A stretch of 41,333 bases of DNA from a virus, in the IMG/VR virus record IMGVR_UViG_3300045988_083272, positions 1 through 41,333 of that record; one strand, written 5' to 3'. A model generated the notes under the pieces. That model was given only the letters and a program-made list of their open reading frames with translations, searched no databases and was not told the DNA's origin. Numbering within the stretch: position 1 is the stretch's first letter; each line of letters begins with the position of its first letter. Positions 1 to 7,765 of the stretch are shown here, piece by piece. The position numbers and the translations under genes were made by a program.

Positions 1-55
1 AGCCCCTGAGGGGGTACAAAAGAAAAGGTTAACAAGCTAAATTATAAGCTGTTAA
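1..55. repeat. Left copy of the exact 55-bp terminal direct repeat
   Basis: agcccctgagggggtacaaaagaaaaggttaacaagctaaattataagctgttaa is identical at 1-55 and 41279-41333. Confidence 0.97.
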
Positions 56-69
56 CCTTTTTCTTTTTA
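23..69. terminator. Hairpin with T-rich flanks on both strands; likely bidirectional intrinsic terminator downstream of the xis-like gene
   Basis: Arm aaaaggttaacaagct (23-38) pairs with agctgttaacctttt (47-61) with one bulge. ttctttttac follows on +. ttttcttttgt follows on -. Confidence 0.6.
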
Positions 70-74
70 CAGTA

Positions 75-93
75 TTGCACCACGGTTGCACCA
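75..93 (+). promoter_or_regulatory. Two direct TTGCACCA boxes 11 bp apart; candidate recombinase or Xis arm-type sites
   Basis: ttgcacca occurs at 75-82 and 86-93. The same octamer occurs as an inverted pair at 41126-41133 and 41145-41152 next to int. Confidence 0.4.
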
Positions 94-97
94 TTCG

Positions 98-400
98 TCA
101 TTTTTTAACAGGCTCTCCGCCATTCATGAGCCGAAGAACATCCCGGTATCTCCACTTGTTAACGCCGCCGATCCGAACTGACTTAAGATAGCCTTCTTCA
201 TCCCATCGACGCAGGCTTCGTGGCGTGGTCGACAAAAGGGTCGCTACCTCGTCGGCATTGAGCATACGATCCATCAGCAAAGATTCCTTCTCCTCCCTGG
301 CATCAGCCATAGTTTGCTTATGGAAGTCCAGCAAGTCTTTGCCTGAAATAACAAACAATCCCTTCCCTTCTTTGAGTGCTTGCAATAATATATCCTCCAT
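98..400 (-). CDS. Excisionase/MerR-like HTH_17 DNA-binding protein (start ambiguous; the ORF is open up to 562)
   Basis: The C-terminus LNADEVATLLSTTPRSLRRWDEEGYLKSVRIGGVNKWRYRDV is typical of the excisionase-family HTH. Met at 400 lies just after the stop of the upstream ORF (408). The gene is adjacent to the int/att region in the circle. Confidence 0.7.
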   Translation of the reverse strand: MEDILLQALKEGKGLFVISGKDLLDFHKQTMADAREEKESLLMDRMLNADEVATLLSTTPRSLRRWDEEGYLKSVRIGGVNKWRYRDVLRLMNGGEPVKK

Positions 401-407
401 ACCTATA

Positions 408-653
408 TTAAAATAAAGGCAGCTCTTGCTGCCATCCGTCAATGTGTTCCCGTAAAATCCGTTTGAAGGCCCGCCACAAACATGGCAATGACCTATGTTT
501 TTTGAAATGATATTTGAAATCGTGGTCGTATTTGACCCCGAGTTTTCGATCCGTGTCCACAATAAGTTGCATCAACTGCCCCTTCGAATAACTTATATGG
601 ACCTCGGAATCGTCCCGCTGGCCACCTCTGCGTTTTTCTTTCTGCCCACCCAT
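408..653 (-). CDS. Hypothetical basic protein
   Basis: 81-aa ORF packed 8 nt upstream of the Met-400 start of the xis-like gene. No recognisable motif. Confidence 0.4.
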   Translation of the reverse strand: MGGQKEKRRGGQRDDSEVHISYSKGQLMQLIVDTDRKLGVKYDHDFKYHFKKHRSLPCLWRAFKRILREHIDGWQQELPLF

Positions 654-721
654 TGTTTTCCCGAATTAATCACTACCTTTACGATGTGAGCGTAGGGGTG
701 ATCTTTCGGGATTGCCTCTTC

Positions 722-1000
722 TTATTTATTGATTTCTATCCGATAGTCCATTCTGGACCAACCGCCGGCCGCTTTTACCGATTCTATACCAGCCTCCATG
801 TATTCATCCGGAATAGCCGATAGAAGAAGAGAACCACGATATCCGCAATGTGGGCCGCCCTTAAAATAGATATAGCCCCACTCCCTGCGGGTTAGTACAT
901 AGTCAATAAACTCCCGGACCGTATATTGTCGGTCGAATATTACATCATAGGGAGCGGTCTCATCCCCGCCCGTACTTGCTGTTCGTTTGAATTTTATCAT
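722..1000 (-). CDS. Hypothetical protein
   Basis: 92-aa ORF in the co-directional early operon. Confidence 0.5.
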   Translation of the reverse strand: MIKFKRTASTGGDETAPYDVIFDRQYTVREFIDYVLTRREWGYIYFKGGPHCGYRGSLLLSAIPDEYMEAGIESVKAAGGWSRMDYRIEINK

Positions 1001-1024
1001 TTTTACCTTTTTAACAATACATCG

Positions 1025-1300
1025 TCATTTCTCCGTTTTCTCCAGCTCTTCGATCATGGCGTCAGCAATCATGACGGAGCTTTTCACAATGATTCCCGGA
1101 ATACTCTTGTCGCCATCGAAACCATTGCCGGCTGCCAAACATCCGGATATTTCGCCAGCCATCGCCATCCCGGCAAACCACTCGCGCTTGGTTAAGTTTA
1201 AAGGCATCGAATTCGATGGGTTTTCGTAAAGAGGTCGAATTTGACCACTTTGATACTCTCCCCGCTCCAGCTTCTCCAGATAGTCGTCGTCGCGCATCAT
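1025..1300 (-). CDS. Hypothetical protein (start trimmed to the coupled Met)
   Basis: In the TGATG junction, the ATG at 1300 overlaps the stop of the upstream ORF (1300-1302). Confidence 0.5.
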   Translation of the reverse strand: MMRDDDYLEKLERGEYQSGQIRPLYENPSNSMPLNLTKREWFAGMAMAGEISGCLAAGNGFDGDKSIPGIIVKSSVMIADAMIEELEKTEK

Positions 1301-1599
1301 CAGGTCTTGATTACACTCTGTGCTGGATGGGAACCATCCCCCGTCATCTCGATATGATTGTGGTGTTTCTTTGCCAGACACGGAATCTTATCAAAAATTG
1401 CATCAAGTGATTCAGATGTGGCAAACCCATCCTTATCTGTTTCTATGTCGTGCCAGCGATTATATTCCACCAAGACTTTTTGGGTAAAATCAATCAGCAT
1501 GTTTTGCAAACTGCCTATTTCCGCAGAATTGTCGTACTGCGCATTGGGGCCCAATTTATTACAAGCGTAGCCATACGCCATTTCCTCAATTGTTTTCAT
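1300..1599 (-). CDS. Hypothetical protein
   Basis: 99-aa ORF, coupled to its neighbours. Confidence 0.5.
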   Translation of the reverse strand: MKTIEEMAYGYACNKLGPNAQYDNSAEIGSLQNMLIDFTQKVLVEYNRWHDIETDKDGFATSESLDAIFDKIPCLAKKHHNHIEMTGDGSHPAQSVIKT

Positions 1600-1861
1600 G
1601 TCTATAATTTTTTATTGCAGATACAAATTCTTCTACGGAATAGCAGGCGGCGAGATCGTACTTTTCGCAAAATCTCATCTCATCGTCGTAATCGACAAGC
1701 CAATATTCATACTTGTTTGCCATTATCGCCTTGTGGGGAAGCCCTGATAATATGGCATTGCCCCTCATTAATCCGGCTTCGACCATAACCATGTGGAAAT
1801 TAGGATCGCCAGAGAGGTACAAATACGGCTGATTGAACAATACGGCTCCTTTCATAAACAT
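1586..1861 (-). CDS. Hypothetical protein
   Basis: 91-aa ORF with a 14-nt overlap onto the downstream gene. Confidence 0.5.
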   Translation of the reverse strand: MFMKGAVLFNQPYLYLSGDPNFHMVMVEAGLMRGNAILSGLPHKAIMANKYEYWLVDYDDEMRFCEKYDLAACYSVEEFVSAIKNYRHENN

Positions 1862-1890
1862 TTCGAGATTTTGCGAGAATCTCGCTCATT

Positions 1891-2073
1891 TCACCAAATC
1901 CACTTCTTATCGCCGAAACACTTTCGAATAATGTTATCTCTGTCATCATCGGACAACATCCTCCATTTATATCTGTCGCAAATGATATTTCCGACATATT
2001 CTCCCGTATTCTTATAAACCGACACAACTACATCGTTGCTGCCAGCTAAAGGTTCTGTAATATAGTAAGCCAT
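1891..2073 (-). CDS. Hypothetical small protein
   Basis: 60-aa ORF in the operon context. Confidence 0.4.
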   Translation of the reverse strand: MAYYITEPLAGSNDVVVSVYKNTGEYVGNIICDRYKWRMLSDDDRDNIIRKCFGDKKWIW

Positions 2074-2080
2074 CTCATTG

Positions 2081-2698
2081 CTATTTTACAAGTTCTAATT
2101 CGTAAACCACGACCCACGGATTAAGGCCCCAAGTTCCGCAGCCGTAAACCTTGTCGATCAGCGCGGCGAAAGCCTCACGGTGATTGTCGAAATAGAAGGC
2201 TGCTTCCCGGCTCACATCCTCGAAATAAAACTTGCAAATCTTGGGAATGTACCGAATACCTTCACGAATACAGTCTGCATCCGAAATATCCTGAAACCAC
2301 TTGCACTTGATTCCGGTGATGCGGATTCGGTGAGGCATAAGCTCTGCTTTGGTGAGCATCTTGTTATTCCACCCTGCAAGCTCCTGCACACTTTCGATGG
2401 ATATTTTATGCGCTTTGGCCACCTGGAGCAGAAACGTATCGACATCCGGATGACCGGCGGCAATCGTCGAATAGCTCTGTGCCACGGCCACGACTTCGCC
2501 AACCTTATAGCGGGTATACTTCGAGTGCCTGACATCAATAAAATCCCCGTATTCGTTTTCATAAACCAAGGTGTCGCCCCTCGTGTCCCACGTAAGTCCG
2601 AAGAACTCATCAGGAATCAACCGTCGCGTCATGGTCTTTCGGCCCTCGATAACCGCCTGCGTCAAGCCGTAACGGTCGTTAAACATTATCTTTTTCAT
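2081..2698 (-). CDS. ASCH/PUA-like domain protein
   Basis: The N-terminus FNDRYGLTQAVIEGRKTMTRR resembles the ASCH-domain signature (G.KT.TRR). Confidence 0.55.
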   Translation of the reverse strand: MKKIMFNDRYGLTQAVIEGRKTMTRRLIPDEFFGLTWDTRGDTLVYENEYGDFIDVRHSKYTRYKVGEVVAVAQSYSTIAAGHPDVDTFLLQVAKAHKISIESVQELAGWNNKMLTKAELMPHRIRITGIKCKWFQDISDADCIREGIRYIPKICKFYFEDVSREAAFYFDNHREAFAALIDKVYGCGTWGLNPWVVVYELELVK

Positions 2699-2712
2699 GG
2701 CTTACATTGATA

Positions 2713-2958
2713 TTAATTGTACCACTTCGGTTTTGGGAATCTTGGGGTGAAGGTTATTTCATTCACTTCTTCGCATTCGATCATATAAGCCTCCGGCCAT
2801 AAATCATTTATTTGCTCGGCATTTTCGGCATAGGCGACAATAACGAAAGAGTCGACGCTTTCGCCCGTACACCAATACGGATACTTGATTGGCCATTTAA
2901 CTGGCCGATAATCGTTACCGCAATCTTTGAATTTGATATAGAATCTTGCTCGTATCAT
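2713..2958 (-). CDS. Hypothetical protein
   Basis: 81-aa ORF with a 4-nt overlap onto the upstream gene. Confidence 0.5.
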   Translation of the reverse strand: MIRARFYIKFKDCGNDYRPVKWPIKYPYWCTGESVDSFVIVAYAENAEQINDLWPEAYMIECEEVNEITFTPRFPKPKWYN

Positions 2959-3395
2959 TTCTCCCTCTTTTTGAAATGTTCAATAATCTCCTCGACCGTG
3001 GCCTTGTGAAAAACACTCGAAAAAAATGTCGTATGGTCCATCGTGTCACGTTTGATCACCCAATCTCCCTGTCTAAGATCGCACCAATACGGAACGTCGC
3101 AGACATACCATTGGTTCAAATCGTTCTCGTCGTTCATCGCCGCCAACGCCTTGAACAGCTCGATGTTTTCGCCACAGTCAATAAATGCTGGTGATTTGGG
3201 TGCCTTAGCCCAAATACCAACATAACCATCCAAATCAGGATCGTAAGGTTCCGTAACTATTACCCAGTCTTTATGATAATCGCTTGATGTGACGGCAGGA
3301 GATACATACCGGCCTATACTCGACAGCCACACAGCCAATTCTTTCCGCTTCTCCGCATCCTTGACGCGGACAAAGCACGGGGTGGTGAATTTCAT
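2955..3395 (-). CDS. Hypothetical protein
   Basis: 146-aa ORF in the operon. Confidence 0.55.
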   Translation of the reverse strand: MKFTTPCFVRVKDAEKRKELAVWLSSIGRYVSPAVTSSDYHKDWVIVTEPYDPDLDGYVGIWAKAPKSPAFIDCGENIELFKALAAMNDENDLNQWYVCDVPYWCDLRQGDWVIKRDTMDHTTFFSSVFHKATVEEIIEHFKKREK

Positions 3396-3396
3396 C

Positions 3397-3636
3397 CTAT
3401 TCTTGTCGTTTTAGATTGTTTGTCCTGTTGATCTCCGCGGCAATAGCCTCGACGGTCTTGCCCCGGCCTCGGCCATTGCGGCGCACACGTTCTATTTTCT
3501 GGAACCGCCGAATAACTCCCGTTGGTTGAAGGTATTCATCAAGACCTGAATAGGCGACAATCTCATTGAGCCATTCCTTTACGTCGAATCCATCCGGCGG
3601 CCCCTGCCAAATGCCATCAATCAAAAAGTTTTTCAT
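3397..3636 (-). CDS. Hypothetical protein with a basic C-terminus
   Basis: 79-aa ORF. Confidence 0.5.
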   Translation of the reverse strand: MKNFLIDGIWQGPPDGFDVKEWLNEIVAYSGLDEYLQPTGVIRRFQKIERVRRNGRGRGKTVEAIAAEINRTNNLKRQE

Positions 3637-3672
3637 TCTTTGTTCAGTTTTTGAATAAACAATCTCAAGCCT

Positions 3673-4080
3673 TCACACACCTTCGTCAATTGCCCCTTTT
3701 AGCTCCAATTCAGCAACACGTACACGCCGCTGCAACTCTTCCAACCGCTTGATTTGTTCCTCGTCCATCCGCGGGCATCCCCGCAGCCAGCTCTCGTAGT
3801 TCGGGGTTTTCAACTCACCGCCGGCAATCGACCCCACACGCAGGCAGTAGTCGTAGTACTTGACGTATTCATCCTCCGGAGCATCCATATCGATGTCGGT
3901 GATGATGTCGTCCATCCGGACTATATAATCCGCGCATTCGGTGATTCCGCCGACATCGCCGCCGACCCAGGACTGCGCCGCATCGGCATAATCGAAGCCG
4001 TGTTTTTCGCAAAAAGCCATCAGATAGGCGTTGCAGACCCTGTCATAATTCTCTCTGAGTTCAAATCTTGATTGTTTCAT
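3673..4080 (-). CDS. Hypothetical protein
   Basis: 135-aa ORF. Its ATG overlaps the stop of the small upstream ORF (ATGA). Confidence 0.55.
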   Translation of the reverse strand: MKQSRFELRENYDRVCNAYLMAFCEKHGFDYADAAQSWVGGDVGGITECADYIVRMDDIITDIDMDAPEDEYVKYYDYCLRVGSIAGGELKTPNYESWLRGCPRMDEEQIKRLEELQRRVRVAELELKGAIDEGV

Positions 4081-4253
4081 TTTCTTTTCTGTTTTAGTTC
4101 CTCAACGCGGCGGATTATATGATTTTTCATCGCTTTATTGACAAATTTTAATGCTCCGAAATAGCCCTTACACTCGGCAATCATTAAAATCAAATCATCC
4201 GGGAACTCTTTGCGTGCTTCCCGCCGCAGTCGTTTCAGTAGGCGTGTTTTCAT
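4077..4253 (-). CDS. Small basic protein (58 aa, below the ORF-track cutoff)
   Basis: Sequence MKTRLLKRLRREARKEF...EELKQKRK. ATGA overlaps at both ends: with the methyltransferase stop at 4250-4252 and with the next gene's start at 4080. Confidence 0.55.
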   Translation of the reverse strand: MKTRLLKRLRREARKEFPDDLILMIAECKGYFGALKFVNKAMKNHIIRRVEELKQKRK

Positions 4254-5194
4254 AACTTTTCGTACTTATTTATCGTTTCGAATATCTGCAAGGCCGCCTG
4301 CGGAACTATGGCGTTGCCGCATGCTTTGATGGATTCCCTGCACCACGCAGGAAAGGAGATACCAGCCAGTTCACCGGGAAACCCATCATTTCGGTCACAT
4401 ACAGGGGATCCAGTCGGGAACCTGCTCCAATCAAATATTCGTCGCTTTGCATTGCCATTTTGGACAATCCGCTCTTGCGTTTGACTTGACTGGCCGGAAG
4501 ACTGGAATTCGTAGCATCCGTAGGTGTCGGCAGAAGTCCCATTCGAGCCGCCAGTGCGATTGTCGGTCGGTCGGCAGCTCCCGGAGACAGACTCCGGTTG
4601 ATACGCCCCGATCCGGCATCTATTGCTGTCGGTGTCGGCAGCAGCTCCAACGGCATGAACGCCGTCTTGCCCTTCTCGCATTGTTTCAATACTTGCGTCT
4701 GTACGGTGGGCAACAAACCAGCATCTGTCCCGCCGGTGGGGAGCGCCGACACCGCAAGCCGGTATAATGTACGGCTGCACTTCGTATCCTGCCGCTTCCA
4801 GGTCAGAGCACACCTTGTCGAAGACCATTCCTTCCGACCAATTAATAATTCCGAAAACGTTCTCGCCCACGACCCAACGGGGTCGAACAGTCCGAATAAC
4901 CCGCAGCATCTCCGGCCAGAGGTAGCGGTCGTCCTCCGTGCCCTTGCGCTTGCCCGCGAGGCTGAACGGCTGGCAGGGGAAACCGCCTGTGAGCACGTCG
5001 ATACAGTCTCGCCAAACGGCAAAGTCTGTTGTTCGTATGTCTTCATATTGTTCTGCATCGGGAAAATGGTATTTGAGGATTTTTCGACAAAACGGGTCTA
5101 TCTCGCAGTTGAAGGCGTTCGTCCATCCCGCCCACTCGGCTGCCAGATCGAAACCGCCGATGCCGCTGAAAAGGGAGGCGTGGGTCATGGTCAT
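4250..5194 (-). CDS. DNA (cytosine-5)-methyltransferase; the central third is conserved in a different frame
   Basis: In the open frame: FSGIGG (motif I), GFPCQPFS (IV), ENV (VI), PHRRDRCWFVA (VIII) and GNAIVPQ (X). LLPTPTAID, LLPTPTD and LDPLYVTEMMGFPVNW (TRD/IX) lie in the +1 frame (ORF 4306-5058). The start is coupled by ATGA to the upstream stop. Confidence 0.85.
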   Translation of the reverse strand: MTMTHASLFSGIGGFDLAAEWAGWTNAFNCEIDPFCRKILKYHFPDAEQYEDIRTTDFAVWRDCIDVLTGGFPCQPFSLAGKRKGTEDDRYLWPEMLRVIRTVRPRWVVGENVFGIINWSEGMVFDKVCSDLEAAGYEVQPYIIPACGVGAPHRRDRCWFVAHRTDASIETMREGQDGVHAVGAAADTDSNRCRIGAYQPESVSGSCRPTDNRTGGSNGTSADTYGCYEFQSSGQSSQTQERIVQNGNAKRRIFDWSRFPTGSPVCDRNDGFPGELAGISFPAWCRESIKACGNAIVPQAALQIFETINKYEKL

Positions 5195-5961
5195 TCGCAT
5201 AATCCGTAATAGCTCATGCAACTCGTTGCCGTGTCGTCGTCGAACAAACTGCCCGTGGCGTTCTGCCACTCGACATAGCGCACGACATCTCGGATCGTCG
5301 GATATTTCTCGCCGCTGGTGATCGCATGGGACGGTATCTTGTCCGGCCCGAAAAACGAGGATCTCAATTCACTTTCGAGGGTTGCAATCTCGTCGATGCG
5401 CTCCGGAGCCTGCCGGGCGATGTTCAGGATATCCCGCTGATTCGCCATCACGCACGGCCAGCAGCCGACACGTTTGTAACCCATCCGGTAGAGCGGGTTC
5501 GGCTCCAACCCGGCGGCGAGAATGCAATCGATCACCTGCTGCGCCGACCAATCGAACACGGGACGCAAAAGATCGTCGGCGAACTTTTCCCGGAACGCCC
5601 GGACATCCTTACTCCGGTAGGTATGCTTTTCGGCTTGCCGTTTTTGTCGTAACCGTAAGGCTCGAAATAGTACTTGAAGTACGTACATTGTGCCGACATC
5701 TTGGCCCGGCTGGCCGATTCTGCCGCCCGAATGCCCTGGATCATCAGCATATTGTCCTGAACCTCGTCCAGCACGTAATCGATCGTCGGCTGGGTTTTGA
5801 GTTCTACCGTGCAGAATCGAGCCCGCGTCGAGGGCCAGCGCTTTTTCTGCCGCGCAAGATCGACCATATACGGTCGTGAAATTCTTGGTGATATGTTCCC
5901 GGGTCCACAACAGCGATGCAAGGCTGTCTTTTCCGCCCGAAAAGGTGACGATGACTTTCAT
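5191..5961 (-). CDS. PAPS-reductase/PP-loop ATPase family protein; the central part is conserved in a different frame
   Basis: In the open frame: MKVIVTFSGGKDS (PP-loop) and LRPVFDW...NPLYRMGYKRVGCWPC. RFCTVELKTQP and IQGIRAAESASR are in the +1 frame (ORF 5532-5921). Confidence 0.8.
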   Translation of the reverse strand: MKVIVTFSGGKDSLASLLWTREHITKNFTTVYGRSCAAEKALALDAGSILHGRTQNPADDRLRAGRGSGQYADDPGHSGGRIGQPGQDVGTMYVLQVLFRALRLRQKRQAEKHTYRSKDVRAFREKFADDLLRPVFDWSAQQVIDCILAAGLEPNPLYRMGYKRVGCWPCVMANQRDILNIARQAPERIDEIATLESELRSSFFGPDKIPSHAITSGEKYPTIRDVVRYVEWQNATGSLFDDDTATSCMSYYGLCE

Positions 5962-5971
5962 AGCTTTCGTG

Positions 5972-6829
5972 TTAATACTCCACAGCCGCCCGGCGGTCGA
6001 TGAAGAAGTGGATTCCCGGAGCACACTCATTCCAACGGTCATCATCAAAGTCAGGGACCTCGACGGTAGCGCCGACCGCATACACGAAGTTGTTGTCATG
6101 GTTCGAATGAATTGCCTCGATGTCGGCTTTGGTTCCATCGACATTCTGAATCTCCGCCACATAGGCTTTGTCACAGCGACATTTTTCGCCTCCGGCAGAG
6201 CTGCGGCGGGCATCCTCCGGGATTTGCAACTTCACGATATACCCCGAAGCCTTTTTCCATCCGATAAAACTGCCGTCGGTAGGACAAGCCATATAGCTAC
6301 CTTGGGCTCCGCGCAGGTCGGCTCCGCGCAGGTCGGCTCCGCGCAGGTCGGCTCCGCGCAGGTTGGCTACGCTCAGGTCGGCTTCGCGCAGGTCGGCTCC
6401 GTACAGGTCGGCTCCGCGCAGGTTGGCTCCGTACAGGTTGGCTACGCTCAGGTCGGCTTCGCGCAGGTCGGCTACGCTCAGGTCGGCTCCGCGCAGGTCG
6501 GCTCCGCGCAGGTTGGCTCCGCGCAGGTCGGCTCTGATCAGGTCGGCTACGCGCAGGTCGGCTCCGCGCAGGTCGGCTCCGTACAGGTTGGCTCCGCGCA
6601 GGTCGGCTACGCTCAGGTCGGCTTCGCGCAGGTCGGCTACGCTCAGGTCGGCTTCGCGCAGGTCGGCTCCGTACAGGTTGGCTCCGTACAGGTCGGCTTC
6701 GCGCAGGTTGGCTCCGCCTTTCAAAGCCTCCGCTACCGTTTTGGCGAGCGTATTATCAACGCTCGAATACTCGAAAATGATAGAACCTGTCCAGCGGTTC
6801 TTAATCGATATTTTAATCTCTTTGCTCAT
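5972..6829 (-). CDS. Pentapeptide-repeat protein with a C-terminal globular domain
   Basis: About 27 consecutive A(D/N)L(R/Y/S)x pentads ([28 protein letters not shown]...). They are followed by about 110 aa ending [17 protein letters not shown]. Confidence 0.9.
   Translation of the reverse strand: MSKEIKISIKNRWTGSIIFEYSSVDNTLAKTVAEALKGGANLREADLYGANLYGADLREADLSVADLREADLSVADLRGANLYGADLRGADLRVADLIRADLRGANLRGADLRGADLSVADLREADLSVANLYGANLRGADLYGADLREADLSVANLRGADLRGADLRGADLRGAQGSYMACPTDGSFIGWKKASGYIVKLQIPEDARRSSAGGEKCRCDKAYVAEIQNVDGTKADIEAIHSNHDNNFVYAVGATVEVPDFDDDRWNECAPGIHFFIDRRAAVEY
6304..6716. repeat. Tandem 15-bp coding repeat array (about 27.5 units) underlying the pentapeptide repeats
   Basis: Units such as gctccgcgcaggtcg, gctccgtacaggtcg and gctacgctcaggtcg recur head to tail with only 1-4 differences. 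Confidence 0.95.
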
Positions 6830-6857
6830 AGTTGCTTGGTAGTTGGTTAAATGTTAG

Positions 6858-7271
6858 TTATCGTCCGAAAACAAGCATCGCAGCGTCGCGTCCATGAACT
6901 GACGACCGCCCGTGCCACTGGGTTACGAATTTGAACTGTGCCTCCGTAAGTTTCGTGCGATTGCACCCAGGAGCTATCATCCGATATTGCAGCCCTTGTT
7001 CCCTACACCAGTCCTCCCAAATGCGGCTGTCGCGTTTCACGGAGCCCGCACCCTGCAATTTCTCCCGCCCGGAGTGTCCGAACCACTTGCGCTGCCGGGC
7101 ATCCTCAATGAACAACCGGATATTATCTTTACCACGAATATCCGCGATCATCTTCACGCGCTCCATTGCCTGGGTGATGGTGTACGTGGAGACCTCGGCG
7201 AGATATTTTGTGTCCGAATGCCATACGGCGAAGCCTGTATGCACCCCCGGGTCAATGCCTATGTACGTCAT
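6858..7271 (-). CDS. RuvC-like Holliday-junction resolvase
   Basis: Has YIGIDPGVHTGFAV at the N-terminus and HGRDAA near the C-terminus. Confidence 0.7.
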   Translation of the reverse strand: MTYIGIDPGVHTGFAVWHSDTKYLAEVSTYTITQAMERVKMIADIRGKDNIRLFIEDARQRKWFGHSGREKLQGAGSVKRDSRIWEDWCREQGLQYRMIAPGCNRTKLTEAQFKFVTQWHGRSSVHGRDAAMLVFGR

Positions 7272-7765
7272 AGCTCGTCCGGGATATGATACCGTGCCTT
7301 GTCCACTTTGAGCACCCAGCTGGGTTTCTCGGCCCCATTGATGCGTATCGGAGCGTAATCGTCCGTGCTGCCGCCGTTCCGAGCTACTTCATTACACATC
7401 GCAGAATACGTCAGAATCCGACATTTCACATCAATGCCCAGGATGTCGGCGATCGTCAGCCGTTTGTACGTAAACGTGTCCAGTACCCTGTTCAGGGCAT
7501 ATTCCAGCCGCTTCCCGCTCATCCCCGTCTTCCCGATACGCTCGGCAAGGATGGAGAAGAATTCGCTCGACATATCCGGGAAACATACGGACAGCTTATG
7601 CACCGCCGTGGCGATATGTGCCGCCGATGCCGGAGGCCCGGCAAGTACGGAGACCTCCTCACTCCCACTCTTGGCGAGTATGAGCGCGAGAGATTCCTTC
7701 GGCGACGGCCCGAGCGAGTTCATCAGGGCTTGGGGGTTGATTCTTTGTACTTCGTCCATAGTCAT
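7268..7765 (-). CDS. Hypothetical protein (5' end overlaps the upstream gene by 107 nt; start uncertain)
   Basis: 165-aa ORF with a 4-nt overlap onto the resolvase gene. Confidence 0.45.
   Translation of the reverse strand: MTMDEVQRINPQALMNSLGPSPKESLALILAKSGSEEVSVLAGPPASAAHIATAVHKLSVCFPDMSSEFFSILAERIGKTGMSGKRLEYALNRVLDTFTYKRLTIADILGIDVKCRILTYSAMCNEVARNGGSTDDYAPIRINGAEKPSWVLKVDKARYHIPDEL

Noticed and set aside
1-55. The 55-bp direct repeat as attL/attR core of an integrated prophage
   Set aside because: The window starts and ends exactly on the repeat with no host flanks, and the repeat truncates a hairpin. An assembly overlap of a circular molecule is the simpler reading. This remains unproven, so it is kept as an alternative in the findings.
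4306-5058. Treating the 250-aa overlapping ORF as an independent gene nested in the methyltransferase gene
   Set aside because: Only its distal part carries methyltransferase TRD/motif IX sequences that belong between motifs VIII and X of the same enzyme. It is therefore interpreted as the displaced central part of one gene, not a separate overlapping gene.
6300-6720. Possible CRISPR array or non-coding satellite, given the highly regular repeats
   Set aside because: The repeat units are 15 bp with no spacers. They lie in frame inside a 285-aa ORF and translate to canonical A(D/N)LxX pentapeptide repeats.
5876-6850. Plus-strand ORFs of 324 aa and 159 aa with [10 protein letters not shown]... 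/ RRSAP... repeats
   Set aside because: They are antisense or off-frame shadows of the pentapeptide-repeat gene. The minus-strand frame has the recognised motif and proper operon coupling.
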